Below are positions 39,612 to 49,307 of a stretch of 64,000 nt of DNA, piece after piece. The notes beneath the pieces are model-generated. The model had not been told where the DNA came from and did no database searches. It saw only the letters and a program-made list of their open reading frames with translations. Where the stretch lies: contig CAVUWD010000016.1 of the NCBI GenBank assembly GCA_963745025.1, positions 960,001 through 1,024,000 of the forward strand, written 5' to 3'. A program made the position numbers and the translations under genes. This stretch comes from an uncultured delta proteobacterium. GTDB lineage: Bacteria; Desulfobacterota; Binatia; JACPRU01. Positions within the stretch are counted from its first letter, which is position 1. Every line of letters begins with the position of its first letter.

Positions 39612-42597
39612 CTAACTCCACCTGTGCCTACGCGGGTCGGCGCAGACGGTGGGAACTCGCTAGTCGTTGGCAAGGTACGAAGCGTCGGTACGCCCGAGGA
39701 GCCCCAACACCGCGCCGCTGCTACTGCAATCGCCCTCCATCTGCACCTTCGTGCATTCGCTCAGCGGGTCGCACCCGTCACCGCGGCCTTCTCCCGGGCC
39801 GCCTCAGCGGGCTTTACGAGCTGGGTCATGAACTTCGGCTCCACGATGACCATCAACGCCGGCAGCAGCGTCATCGTCGAGAGGAAGCTGATCGTCATCC
39901 ACAGGAAGAGTAGGAGCCCCATCTCGGAATTGAACCGAATGTTCGAAAACGCCCAGGCCAGAGTCGACACCGCGAGCGACACAGCGGTGAACGTCACCGC
40001 CTTGCCGGCGGTCTGAATTCCGCGCTGGACCGCCACGACGAAGTCGCGGTGGTCGCGGTACTCTTCGATCGCGCGGCTCACGATGTAGAGGCCGTAGTCG
40101 ATGCCGAACCCGACGCCGACCGTGACCACCGGCAGCGACTGCAGGTTGATGCCGAGGTTGCGGAAGCCGATGTAGGCGTTGATCACGCCGTTGGCGAGGA
40201 ACAGCGGGATCAACATGAGGATGCCGGCCATGAACGACCGGTAGGTGAAGAGCAGGATGAGGAAGATCGTCCCGAAGCCGAGGAAGTTCATCAAGATGTC
40301 GTTCCTGAGGATCTCCTCGTTGGCGGCCGCCGTCACGCCGATGAGGCCGCCCGCCAACCGGAAGTCCACCTTGTTGTTGGGGAACTTCTCCACGTAATCG
40401 CGGCAGCGCTTGATGATGCGCGCCACGGTGTCACCCTGATGGTTACGGCAGAAGAACGTGACGTGCGCCATGGTGTACGACGGATCGAGGTACTTGGACG
40501 TCTCGGAGGGCGGCGCGCCAGCGAAGTAGAAGAAGAAGAGGTTGGAGATTCGGCCGGTCTGCTCCGGGATCACGCCCCAGCGCGGCTGCGTATCGTAGAA
40601 CACACTGTTGATGGACTTGATGGTGTCGGCCAGCGAGAAGCTGTAGCCGATCTCGGGATCGATATCGACGTAGCGCTGGAATCCCTCCATCGCATCTACG
40701 GCTTCGGGGTCCTTCAACGCCCCCTTCTCTTTGCCTTCGACCACGATGATCAGCGGCTCGACGCCGCCGAAGAAGTTCTGGATGCGCATGTGCGCCTGGT
40801 TGTAGGGCGAGTTGGGCTGCAGCAAGGGCGTGGACGCCGTCGCGTCACCGATCGTGATGTGCTTCAGCTGGGTCAAGGCCAGCAGGAATGAGCCGACCCA
40901 TACCACAACACTCACCCAACGGCCCTTCGGACCAACGACGAGGTGGCTCCACCAGGTGATGATCCTCTGGAACGGCCCTTCGTCGCGGGAGAGCACGTTC
41001 TCTTTCTCGGGGGGCTTCAGGTAGTAGTAGATGATCGGATTCAGGACCAGCTCCGAGAGCACGATCGCCGCCACCCAGATCGAAGCGGAGATCGCGATCC
41101 GCTGCAGGATCACCACCGGAATCAAGACGATCGCCAGCATCCCGAGCGCATCGCAGATGATCCCCGAGAGTGTCGGCTCGAAGAGCTCGGCGAACGCGGA
41201 TACGATCGCCTGGGTCTTGTTCCAGTTGTGGCGGCGGTATTCTTCGTAATAGCGGTCGTGCATCTGCACCGAGTGGCTGACCGACCGCGCCGTGACGAAG
41301 AACGGGATCACCAGCGACAGCGGATCCAGCGGGAAGCCGATCAGGTGCACGACGCCGAGGCCCCAGATCGCCGACATCACGCCGGTGAGCGTCGGACGGA
41401 GCGCGCCCCGCCAGTCGTGGAAGTACGAGTAGAGTAGGATCCACAGAAAGACGGTGCAGCCGGCGAAGATGTACCAAACCTCACTGGTGTAGTAATAAAT
41501 CCAGCCGTAGAGCCGGGGCTCACCCGCGACCTGGATGATGGTGTTGTCGTCCTGGAACGGCTTGATGATCTTGTCGTCGACGTCGTAGAAGAGCTGGCGG
41601 TAGTTGACGCGCCCCTCGAAGAAGTTGGCGCGGATCAGCGCGGCCTTGTCGTCGAGCGAAACGAGAATGCCGTGCAGGCTGTCGGAATAGTGGACGATGT
41701 TGCGCACGTCGTCGACGTCCCCGTCCGTTTTCGGCACGCGCCGCATCACCGGCGGCGTGGCGATCGAGGCGCCCTCCAACTTCATGTAGCGGGTCGAGCG
41801 GTGGCCGATCGAGTCGATCTGGTCGTGGTTGATGCCGGGCAGGACGTCGATGATCTGAGTCATCTTGAAGATCTTCGTCAGGGTGTCCTTGTTGAAGATC
41901 GTCCCGTTCTTGACCTCGATCAGGATCGTGATGTTGTTCGCGCCGCCGAATTGATTCGCGAACTTGGTGTGCACCTGCACGAACGGGTGCCGGTACGGCA
42001 GGAGGTCGCCGAACTCGGTGAACATCTCCATCCTGAACGCGAAGAACAGCATCAGGGCCGTGAAGGCATAGGTGACGACCGCGACCGGCTTGCGGTAGTC
42101 GATCAGCCACTGCCCGAGACGATAGAGCGCCGCCTTTTCCTGATGGACGATGAGCTTTTCGTCGTCAGCCATTGGCCCTCCACTCCCATTTCTTGCCGAA
42201 GTCGCTGGTGGTCAGCAGCAGCCCATGGCCACCCCCCGCCACACCGTGGCCCGCCGCGTCGAAGTCGGACGCCGAGAGCCAGGTGAACACGCCCGCCGGT
42301 ACGTCGGCCGGCTTCCAGCCGCTCTCCGGGTTGCCGCGCAGCAGCGCGCCGCTGGCGCCGACGACGACGTAGTCGCCGTCGGGCAGCGCGCGGATGTCGT
42401 AGAGCGGCGAGTTGCCCGGGGTCTGATTCCAGGTCCAGTTCACTCCGTCCGAAGTCGAGGCGATCGCCCCGTACGTGCCGACTGCCACGGCGTGCTGCGC
42501 GTCGCGCGCACGGACGCAGAGGAACGTCGGCATCGACATCACGTCCCGGTAGATGGTCTTTCCGCCGAGTAGGCCGCCGTGGCCGGCGCCCCAGGTC
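39156..42597. repeat. Tandem duplication unit 2 (~3.44 kb)
   Basis: Aligns colinearly with 35729..39156; one shared C at the junction. Confidence 0.93.
39761..42172 (-). CDS. MMPL/RND-family transporter (copy 2, 803 aa)
   Basis: Roughly 90% identical to copy 1 by eye; same length. Confidence 0.9.
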   Translation of the reverse strand: MADDEKLIVHQEKAALYRLGQWLIDYRKPVAVVTYAFTALMLFFAFRMEMFTEFGDLLPYRHPFVQVHTKFANQFGGANNITILIEVKNGTIFNKDTLTKIFKMTQIIDVLPGINHDQIDSIGHRSTRYMKLEGASIATPPVMRRVPKTDGDVDDVRNIVHYSDSLHGILVSLDDKAALIRANFFEGRVNYRQLFYDVDDKIIKPFQDDNTIIQVAGEPRLYGWIYYYTSEVWYIFAGCTVFLWILLYSYFHDWRGALRPTLTGVMSAIWGLGVVHLIGFPLDPLSLVIPFFVTARSVSHSVQMHDRYYEEYRRHNWNKTQAIVSAFAELFEPTLSGIICDALGMLAIVLIPVVILQRIAISASIWVAAIVLSELVLNPIIYYYLKPPEKENVLSRDEGPFQRIITWWSHLVVGPKGRWVSVVVWVGSFLLALTQLKHITIGDATASTPLLQPNSPYNQAHMRIQNFFGGVEPLIIVVEGKEKGALKDPEAVDAMEGFQRYVDIDPEIGYSFSLADTIKSINSVFYDTQPRWGVIPEQTGRISNLFFFYFAGAPPSETSKYLDPSYTMAHVTFFCRNHQGDTVARIIKRCRDYVEKFPNNKVDFRLAGGLIGVTAAANEEILRNDILMNFLGFGTIFLILLFTYRSFMAGILMLIPLFLANGVINAYIGFRNLGINLQSLPVVTVGVGFGIDYGLYIVSRAIEEYRDHRDFVVAVQRGIQTAGKAVTFTAVSLAVSTLAWAFSNIRFNSEMGLLLFLWMTISFLSTMTLLPALMVIVEPKFMTQLVKPAEAAREKAAVTGATR

Positions 42598-43259
42598 TTG
42601 CCGCCGTCCGTGGTCATGCGGATCTGCCCGAACTCGCCGACCACGAAGCACGTGTTGTCGTCGACGCACGAGACTCCGTAGAAGATGGGGTCGCTGATCG
42701 CGAGCGTCATGTCCTCGCGGACTCCGATCGAGGAGAGCTCCAACCCGGGTGTCCCGTCACTTTTCTGCTGCGCCGTCCACGTGTTCCCTCCGTCCGTCGT
42801 GTGCAGGATCGACGACACATCGCCGATCGCCCACACGCTCTGCGCGCCGGTGATCGACAGGTCGAAGAGCGCGTTCTTGGTCCCGCTCTTCTGTTCCGTC
42901 CAGCTCTCACCGGCATTCTCGGTCTTGTAGACGATGCCTTCGTGGCCCACGCCCCACCCGAGCTTGCCATCGAAAAACGCGAGCCGAGTGAGGTTGCGGC
43001 GAGTGGGGGCGGTGAGCTTCTTCCAGGTTTGCCCGCCGTCGTTCGACCGCGCCAAGGCACTCCGGTAACCGAGCAGGAGGAAGGAGTTGCTGCCGAGCGA
43101 TTTGACGTCGAAGAACTTGTCGGTGACCGCAAATCCTTCGCGCGGCGGAGGCGCCGGCGGCGCCGTGTGACACGCGCCCCCCACCAGAGCCGTTAACACG
43201 AGCGCGGCTGCCATCGCGAGCGGCCGCCGACGCGAGGCCGGTGACGGTTTCCAGGTCAT
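42165..43259 (-). CDS. YCF48/BNR-repeat beta-propeller lipoprotein
   Basis: Lipobox-like GGAC; repeated (S/T)xDGGxTW Asp-boxes; AAGGAGG RBS; overlaps MMPL start. Confidence 0.88.
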   Translation of the reverse strand: MTWKPSPASRRRPLAMAAALVLTALVGGACHTAPPAPPPREGFAVTDKFFDVKSLGSNSFLLLGYRSALARSNDGGQTWKKLTAPTRRNLTRLAFFDGKLGWGVGHEGIVYKTENAGESWTEQKSGTKNALFDLSITGAQSVWAIGDVSSILHTTDGGNTWTAQQKSDGTPGLELSSIGVREDMTLAISDPIFYGVSCVDDNTCFVVGEFGQIRMTTDGGKTWGAGHGGLLGGKTIYRDVMSMPTFLCVRARDAQHAVAVGTYGAIASTSDGVNWTWNQTPGNSPLYDIRALPDGDYVVVGASGALLRGNPESGWKPADVPAGVFTWLSASDFDAAGHGVAGGGHGLLLTTSDFGKKWEWRANG

Positions 43260-43982
43260 TCGAGGTTTCCTCCTTGAGATTTCACGTCCGAGATCCGCGG
43301 CGAGTCGCGCCTGCAACCGCCGAGTCGGCACGGTGTCGCGCCGCACAGGAGTCGCCACGACGAAACCGCCCCCCGAATCTCGCGTAAACTCATTCCGCGA
43401 GCCACTACCACGTCCGGGGCTGCTACTGTCAAGGCTCGAACGGAGGAACGTGGTGCGCCGATGCCGCTCGATGTCCTCCATTCTGGCTAGATCCGATGCC
43501 GGTTTCATCGACGTGGACATGTCTCGTTCGCGCCGGCTGCGGATCGCCCCGCCTATTGCGCCAATTGTGTCCGAGCTAGCGCGGACGCGCTGCCGAACTC
43601 CCGCAGGCTCCGGCAGAAGGGATCGATGCGCCGGTAGGCTTCAAATCGATGACGGTTCACCCTCGGCTTCATTCCATGTCCACGCGAAGGCGACTTCAGG
43701 AACGTCGATGATCGCGATGATCGCACGGCGAGCGATTCTTTACGTTTGAGCTTCACGACCCCCGCCCGATCCGAGAATTCGGATCGAGATCCGACCGTCC
43801 GATGCACTTTCGACGAATCCGCCGGAGCAGCGACGGCGTTCCCCGAAGTCTTTAGGACGCCCACACCCGACGACCTTGTGCCGGAATCGCGAGGATCTTT
43901 CTCCGATCGGGGCGTAGTCCAGCAAGCCCTCAATCGAAGTACGCCAACCGATCTTTCGGGCGAGCGACAAACGCAGCATCGT

Positions 43983-44657
43983 TCAAGGCTTCGGAACCGG
44001 ATCGAGCACCGGCATTCCCGATTCGATGAGCTTCTGTTGGAGCGCGATCGTGACCGCGTGGGCCCGGTTCTGCGCCCCGATTTTTGCGTAGATATTACGC
44101 AGGTGGGCTTTGACCGTCACCTCGGTGATACCGAGCCTCTCGGCGATCTCTTTGTTGGCGGCACCGGCGGCGATCAGTTCGAGAATCTCGATCTCGCGAT
44201 CCGACAGCAGGTGCCGCCGGCCCTCGAGGCGCGCATCCTCCGCGAGCTTGCGCAGGACGGGAAGCGTCACGGCCGCCATCAGATAGCCTTGCCCGGCCGC
44301 CACGCTGCGCACGGCGCGCACGACCTCCTCACCGGGTGCCTCCTTCAGCAGGTAGCCGAGAGCCCCAGCCGTCACGGCCTCGTGAACGTACGCGGGATTG
44401 TCGAACATGGTGAGGATCAGAACCTTCACCGACGGAAGCTCCGTGCGGAGCCGGCGGACGATGGCCAGGACGCCGCCTCCCGGCATGCTGAGGTCGAGCA
44501 GCGCCACGTCCGGCTTCAGCTTGCTGATCATCTTGAAGGCCTCGCCCGTGTCGCCGGCGCTTCCCACGACCTCGATGTCCGGCTCGCGCTCGAGGATCAG
44601 CCGCATGCCGTCGCGGAACGTTTGATGGTCGTCAGCGTGAAAGACTCGAATCGCCAT
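43983..44657 (-). CDS. NarL/LuxR-family response regulator
   Basis: ADDH, DLSMPG, LSDREIEIL...NKEIA..L.I...TVKAH. Confidence 0.92.
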   Translation of the reverse strand: MAIRVFHADDHQTFRDGMRLILEREPDIEVVGSAGDTGEAFKMISKLKPDVALLDLSMPGGGVLAIVRRLRTELPSVKVLILTMFDNPAYVHEAVTAGALGYLLKEAPGEEVVRAVRSVAAGQGYLMAAVTLPVLRKLAEDARLEGRRHLLSDREIEILELIAAGAANKEIAERLGITEVTVKAHLRNIYAKIGAQNRAHAVTIALQQKLIESGMPVLDPVPKP

Positions 44658-44970
44658 TCGCTACTCCTGAGCTCGATTCGGGCACCCGGGTGGAGATCCG
44701 GGTGCCCGCTCCCTGCATCGAATGAATCTCCACGCGGACGTCGAGAGCCTCCGCGCGCTCGCGCACGGTGCGTAACCCGCGCTCAGCTGTTTCGCGGAAT
44801 CGGGCACGCGCCTCCGTAGATGTGCAGTCGGTGGCGTTGCGCTCGTTCGAACCATCGGCGCCTCGGTGTCGTAGGCTGCCACAGTCGAGGACCGGCTGTA
44901 CAGGCAGCCTCTCCCTAGCGCGACACACCGCAACCGAAACGCGCGATGGCGACGATGCCTCGTATCGCAT
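44632..44970 (-). pseudogene. Degenerate HATPase fragment of a NarX/UhpB-type sensor kinase
   Basis: GLRTVRERAEALDVRVEIHSMQGAGTRISTRVP resembles the G2-box end of HisKA_3-class kinases; no H-box or sensor domain. Confidence 0.6.
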
Positions 44971-45007
44971 ATTTTCGTCGAGAAACGAGAAGCCCTACCG
45001 TAGTCGT

Positions 45008-46318
45008 TCAGCGTGACGACCAGAAGGCTGCCCGGCCGTCGGCGACTCGCTTCACCTTCGCGCTCTTCGCGTCGGCGATCCAGACCGTCGCTGGTACGGG
45101 CTTCTTCTCGTCGTTAGCGGTCGTGGGATATCCGAAGTAGACGAAATGACGCGAGTCGGGTGCCCAGAAGCGATGCGACTGCGCGTATTGATCGAAGTGC
45201 TGAGAAAGGAATTGGAATTCGGGTGTCGGAAAGAAACGGGCGATCTCCCGGACCTGTCGATTCGCACGAGTGACGACCTCCCAGCGCCATTCGCCAGAGT
45301 CGAATTCGGGCGCGGCGACGAGAAGCTGGCTTCCGTCGGGCGACCAGAAGAACGCTCCGAGGGGTCCGGCATAGAGCGTCTCTCGACGACCGTCAGAGAG
45401 ATGGACCAGGTTGATCCCACCGAAGAAGAGGTTGTCGGGTGTGGTGGCCTCGGCGACCGCGAGTGCTTTGCTGTCCGGCGACCACGTGAAGACGAGCCGG
45501 CTCGACACCGCCGCGATCGCCCGCTCTTCGCCGCTCTTCGATCGCACCATCAAGGACGCCCCCCGCCCTGCTTCCCGCCGCACGGCGTACGCGACGTTGT
45601 TCCCATCCGGAGACCACGACGGCGAACGGAAGAGCACCGGAGCCGCGGAGAGCTTGGTGACTTCCGGCTTGCCCCCCTGGCGTGCTCCGCGCACGTCGAT
45701 CAGCGTCACCTCCGCCGAATGGTCCTCATCGGGGGCCCCGCCGGTGTGCGTGACGATCGCGTCGCCGTCACCGCGCCAGCTGAAGTAGTGCGGGAACCCG
45801 AGACCGAGCGGATGCAGCTCGCCGTCGGAGACACGAAACAGCACGAGCCCGAGCGCTCCCGGCTCGGAGATCAACGCCGCGACCTCTCGACCGGTGGGCG
45901 CGTAGTAGAGGTAGATCGGCCCGTGCTCGCGATTCTCGTAGATCGGCGTAACCGCACCGGGACGCGACAGGTCGAGACGATAGATACCCGCCTGCTGCGC
46001 GCTACCCCCGACGGCGACGGTGACTCCCTGCACGACGAGCGTTTGCCCGTCGGGTGACCAGGTGGGCCACGAGAACCGCCGCTCGGTGGCGCCGGGCGAC
46101 TCGCCTTGAGCGTACGCCACCGAGGCCGTAACGCCTTCGGCCGCCATTCGTCCCGGCTCGCCGCGGGTCAGCGCGCGCGGCTCACCGCCGTTCGGTTCGG
46201 CTAGATATACCTGGTGGTCGAGACCGATCAGCGCAATCTTGCCCGGAATCTCTGCCGCCGTCGCTACCGTGGTCCCGAGCACGAACAGCGTCGTGATGAT
46301 TGCCGCCTTCGATCGCAC
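45008..46318 (-). CDS. TolB-like/PD40 beta-propeller exported protein
   Basis: Signal peptide; repeated WSPDG/WSPDS/WAPDS motifs. Confidence 0.78.
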   Translation of the reverse strand: MRSKAAIITTLFVLGTTVATAAEIPGKIALIGLDHQVYLAEPNGGEPRALTRGEPGRMAAEGVTASVAYAQGESPGATERRFSWPTWSPDGQTLVVQGVTVAVGGSAQQAGIYRLDLSRPGAVTPIYENREHGPIYLYYAPTGREVAALISEPGALGLVLFRVSDGELHPLGLGFPHYFSWRGDGDAIVTHTGGAPDEDHSAEVTLIDVRGARQGGKPEVTKLSAAPVLFRSPSWSPDGNNVAYAVRREAGRGASLMVRSKSGEERAIAAVSSRLVFTWSPDSKALAVAEATTPDNLFFGGINLVHLSDGRRETLYAGPLGAFFWSPDGSQLLVAAPEFDSGEWRWEVVTRANRQVREIARFFPTPEFQFLSQHFDQYAQSHRFWAPDSRHFVYFGYPTTANDEKKPVPATVWIADAKSAKVKRVADGRAAFWSSR

Positions 46319-46385
46319 GTCCGTTCCTTCGCGCCGCGTCCGCTTACCACGCACCCAACGCGCCAACAAGCTCGGTCGGTAGCCG

Positions 46386-46664
46386 TCATTCTACCGTGAC
46401 GAGTTCCTTGATCTTGTCATAGATCGGCTTCACCTGCGGGATCAGCTCGAGCTCGTCGGCCTGGATGAACTCACCGCTCGACTTGCGGTAGCCGATGATT
46501 CCCTTGGCCCGTGCTTCGGTCATGTCAGGGAGCTTCATCAGCTCCTGCTCGCTCGCCGTGTTGATGTTCACCTTGTCGGCCGCGCAGGCACCGCTCGGAA
46601 TGACCGCGGCGCCGAGAAGCGACATCAAAGCGAGCCCGGTCATCGACTTCGCTATGCGCCTCAT
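46386..46664 (-). CDS. ComEA-like helix-hairpin-helix protein
   Basis: Signal peptide, KVNINTAS..EL..LP...A..II.YR...G.F. Confidence 0.8.
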   Translation of the reverse strand: MRRIAKSMTGLALMSLLGAAVIPSGACAADKVNINTASEQELMKLPDMTEARAKGIIGYRKSSGEFIQADELELIPQVKPIYDKIKELVTVE

Positions 46665-46678
46665 CGCCCTCTCCCTCG

Positions 46679-47137
46679 TCACTTCACTTCGATGATCTTC
46701 AGCTGATACGTCGTAAATTTCGGTTTTTTCGGAATGTCGTCCTTGCTGACGCCGATGCGAAACAAGTCCTTCTCGCCGGGCTTCAGCGGCTCGATCTTCT
46801 TCAGCGTCTCTTCCGGCGCCTTCCTCGGCGTGTCTACACCTTCGCCTTCCACCGTGCCGAGGGCTTCGGCCTTCTGATTATAGGCGACCGTCGAGTAGAC
46901 CGACTTGCCGCTCGCGTCGACGAGGTCGAGCTGGAGCTTCACGTAGTGGATCCGCTTCGTCGACTTGTTCTCGACGTAGCCGAACACCCGGTAGTACACG
47001 GCACCATAGGAGATCTCCCATTGCCCGTGCTGCTCCACGATCGCGGCGTCTTCCGCCCGCGCCGTCCGCGCGCAGATCACGAGGGCCACGCTCGCGACGA
47101 TCGCGATCGGCCACCGCGCACTCCGTCGTGTCACCAT
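46679..47137 (-). CDS. FxLYD-like domain exported protein
   Basis: GYVENKS, LDLVDASG, LKPGEK. Confidence 0.6.
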   Translation of the reverse strand: MVTRRSARWPIAIVASVALVICARTARAEDAAIVEQHGQWEISYGAVYYRVFGYVENKSTKRIHYVKLQLDLVDASGKSVYSTVAYNQKAEALGTVEGEGVDTPRKAPEETLKKIEPLKPGEKDLFRIGVSKDDIPKKPKFTTYQLKIIEVK

Positions 47138-47171
47138 CCCCGTCCTTTCTGCCCCCCGGCCGAGATCCTGC

Positions 47172-48395
47172 TCACATTGCCGGTTCGTAGCTTTGCACGA
47201 ACGATTTCACGATCTTGTTTCGCACGTCGTACGAATTCCGTGCCTGCTCGCCGATGTCGGTGGCATGAACGTGGAGCGAGACCGATACCGAGTCGTTCAC
47301 GTTCTCGACGTCATGGATGTCGCCGGGTGGAGGATCGATGAACGAGATTTCGCCGCCAGCGAAGACGTGCTTCCAGGCGGGAGTGAGCTGCGGGAAGGAC
47401 TTGCCCGGCACGTCTCTTCGGCGATAGCGGGTCTCCCGCTCCTTGCCGGTGTACGTCCCCCAAACCACCCACGACTGATGATCGTGGATCGTCGTCCGCG
47501 CCCGCGGCTGGAACACGAGAGCGGCGATCGAGAACCGCCCGGCCGGGTCCGTATAGAGAAGATAGGTCGTAACCCGAAGTCGCGGATTGGGACGCTGGAA
47601 CTTGGCTTCGAGCGCTCCGCGCTGAAGATAGTCCGACAGCAGGGCCGCGACCTGCCACTGCTTGTCCCTGGCTTCCGTTTGCGAGCTCATCACCGCCGAG
47701 ATTTCTTCTGCGAGCGGTTCGGACGAATAGCGCGGCGCCCGCCGTAACACCAAGAAGTACTGATACGGGAGAAACGATTCTTCCCGCTCGACCTCGAAGC
47801 CTGCTTGACGAAGTTCGTGGACCACGGTTTCGCGCGCGAGCTTCTCGGCGAACGGCGGTCCCTCCGCGATGTCTTCACGCTTGTGGAAGTCGACGATCAC
47901 AAGTCGGCCATCGGCTTTGAGACCCCCAGCGACCTTCTGGAAATACGCGACGCGATCACGCAGGTGATGGTAGGCGTTGCAGACGAAAACCAGATCGGTG
48001 CTCGCGGGCGGAAGCGCTGGGTCGTCAGCCGCCACGTGCCGCAGAGCGACGTTGCGGATCCCCTCCGTTCTGATGCGTTCGCGCAGGTACGTGAGCATGC
48101 CTTCGTCGACGTCGGCCGCGTCGATCCGTCCGGACGATCCGACGGCCGTCGCGAGGTGCCTCGAGAAGTATCCCGATCCTGCCCCGAGATCCGTCACCTG
48201 CTCGCCGCCCTTCAGACGAAGCGCGCCGACGACCTCGTCCGGCCTTTGCCACGCGGCTCGGGCGGGATTCTCGAGATAGGCGACGTAACGAGCGGTCGCC
48301 TTCGACAGTGGCGGTTGCGGCGAAACGCTCCGCGCCGCGCAGCCGAAGAGCGCGAGCACGGCCACGGCAGGGAGCGCGACCGCCGCGTGGCGCAT
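47172..48395 (-). CDS. Lipoprotein fusing a class I SAM methyltransferase and a cysteine-dioxygenase-type cupin
   Basis: LFGC lipobox; DLGAGSGYF and NAYHH; C-terminal IHDH...DIHDV...SLHV. Confidence 0.8.
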   Translation of the reverse strand: MRHAAVALPAVAVLALFGCAARSVSPQPPLSKATARYVAYLENPARAAWQRPDEVVGALRLKGGEQVTDLGAGSGYFSRHLATAVGSSGRIDAADVDEGMLTYLRERIRTEGIRNVALRHVAADDPALPPASTDLVFVCNAYHHLRDRVAYFQKVAGGLKADGRLVIVDFHKREDIAEGPPFAEKLARETVVHELRQAGFEVEREESFLPYQYFLVLRRAPRYSSEPLAEEISAVMSSQTEARDKQWQVAALLSDYLQRGALEAKFQRPNPRLRVTTYLLYTDPAGRFSIAALVFQPRARTTIHDHQSWVVWGTYTGKERETRYRRRDVPGKSFPQLTPAWKHVFAGGEISFIDPPPGDIHDVENVNDSVSVSLHVHATDIGEQARNSYDVRNKIVKSFVQSYEPAM

Positions 48396-49216
48396 TAGCT
48401 TCCTTGGTACTTCGGTGCCTTCGGCCGCTCGAGCCAGGCGCGGCGCTTTTCGAACGGCTCCGCTACGTAGGCCTTCATCGCCGCCACACCGTCGTCCGAA
48501 AGCATCGTCTCGAGGAACGCCGAGTCTTCGATGCGCAGGCCTGCTTGCAGATGCGTGTCGAAGCCGTCGTAGACCGCCCGCTTCGCCATCGCGACGGCGA
48601 GCGGCGGTAGCGCCGCCATCTCGGTGGCGATCTCCTTCGCTCGCGCGAGCGCGTCGTCGGCGATCTCGTGAACGAGGCCGAGCGCGAGCGCCTCCTCGGG
48701 CCGGACGACGCGGGAGCGCAGCACGAACTCGATCGCCTTGGCCAGGCCGACCAGGCGCGTGATCTTCTGCGTACCGCTGCCGCCGGGAAGGATGCCGAGC
48801 TTCACCTCGGGAAGGCCGAAGCGATGGTCGCCACGTGCGCCGATGCGGATGTCGCAGGAGAGCGAGAGCTCGAAGCCGCCGCCCATCGTGTCCCCGTTCA
48901 TGGCGACGATGACGGGCTTCGGAAGTCCTCGCAGGTCATCGAGCATCCCGTGATAGCCCGCGGTGAGCCCGATGCCGGCGCGGCGCATCGCCTCGCGATC
49001 GCTCGCGTACTCGACGAGCTCCTCGACGCTGTAGTGGGTGATGAACTTACCCGTCATGCCTCCCGTCAGGATCACCACGCGGACATCCGGGCTTTTCCAT
49101 TTCTCGATTAGCTCGACGAGCTCGCGCGTGCCGTCCGCGCAGAAGTAGTTCATCGGCGGATTCGTGTAGGTGGCGACAACGACACCGTTCTTCGCTTCGG
49201 TCTTCCAGAGACTCAT
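48395..49216 (-). CDS. Enoyl-CoA hydratase/isomerase family protein
   Basis: GGGFEL.LSCD, GLPEVKLGILPG. Confidence 0.88.
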   Translation of the reverse strand: MSLWKTEAKNGVVVATYTNPPMNYFCADGTRELVELIEKWKSPDVRVVILTGGMTGKFITHYSVEELVEYASDREAMRRAGIGLTAGYHGMLDDLRGLPKPVIVAMNGDTMGGGFELSLSCDIRIGARGDHRFGLPEVKLGILPGGSGTQKITRLVGLAKAIEFVLRSRVVRPEEALALGLVHEIADDALARAKEIATEMAALPPLAVAMAKRAVYDGFDTHLQAGLRIEDSAFLETMLSDDGVAAMKAYVAEPFEKRRAWLERPKAPKYQGS

Positions 49217-49235
49217 TGGCTGCTCCTTTGTTTTG

Positions 49236-49301
49236 AGCCACCGGCTACCGACTACCGCAAGAGATCCGAGAAGCGCTTGCCGGGAGCCGGGGCCGGGAGC
49301 C
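49236..49301. repeat. Heptamer-arm palindrome E5
   Basis: agccacc-ggctacc-gactacc...GAAGCGCTT...gggagcc-ggggcc-gggagcc. Confidence 0.65.
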
Positions 49302-49307
49302 GTGTTT

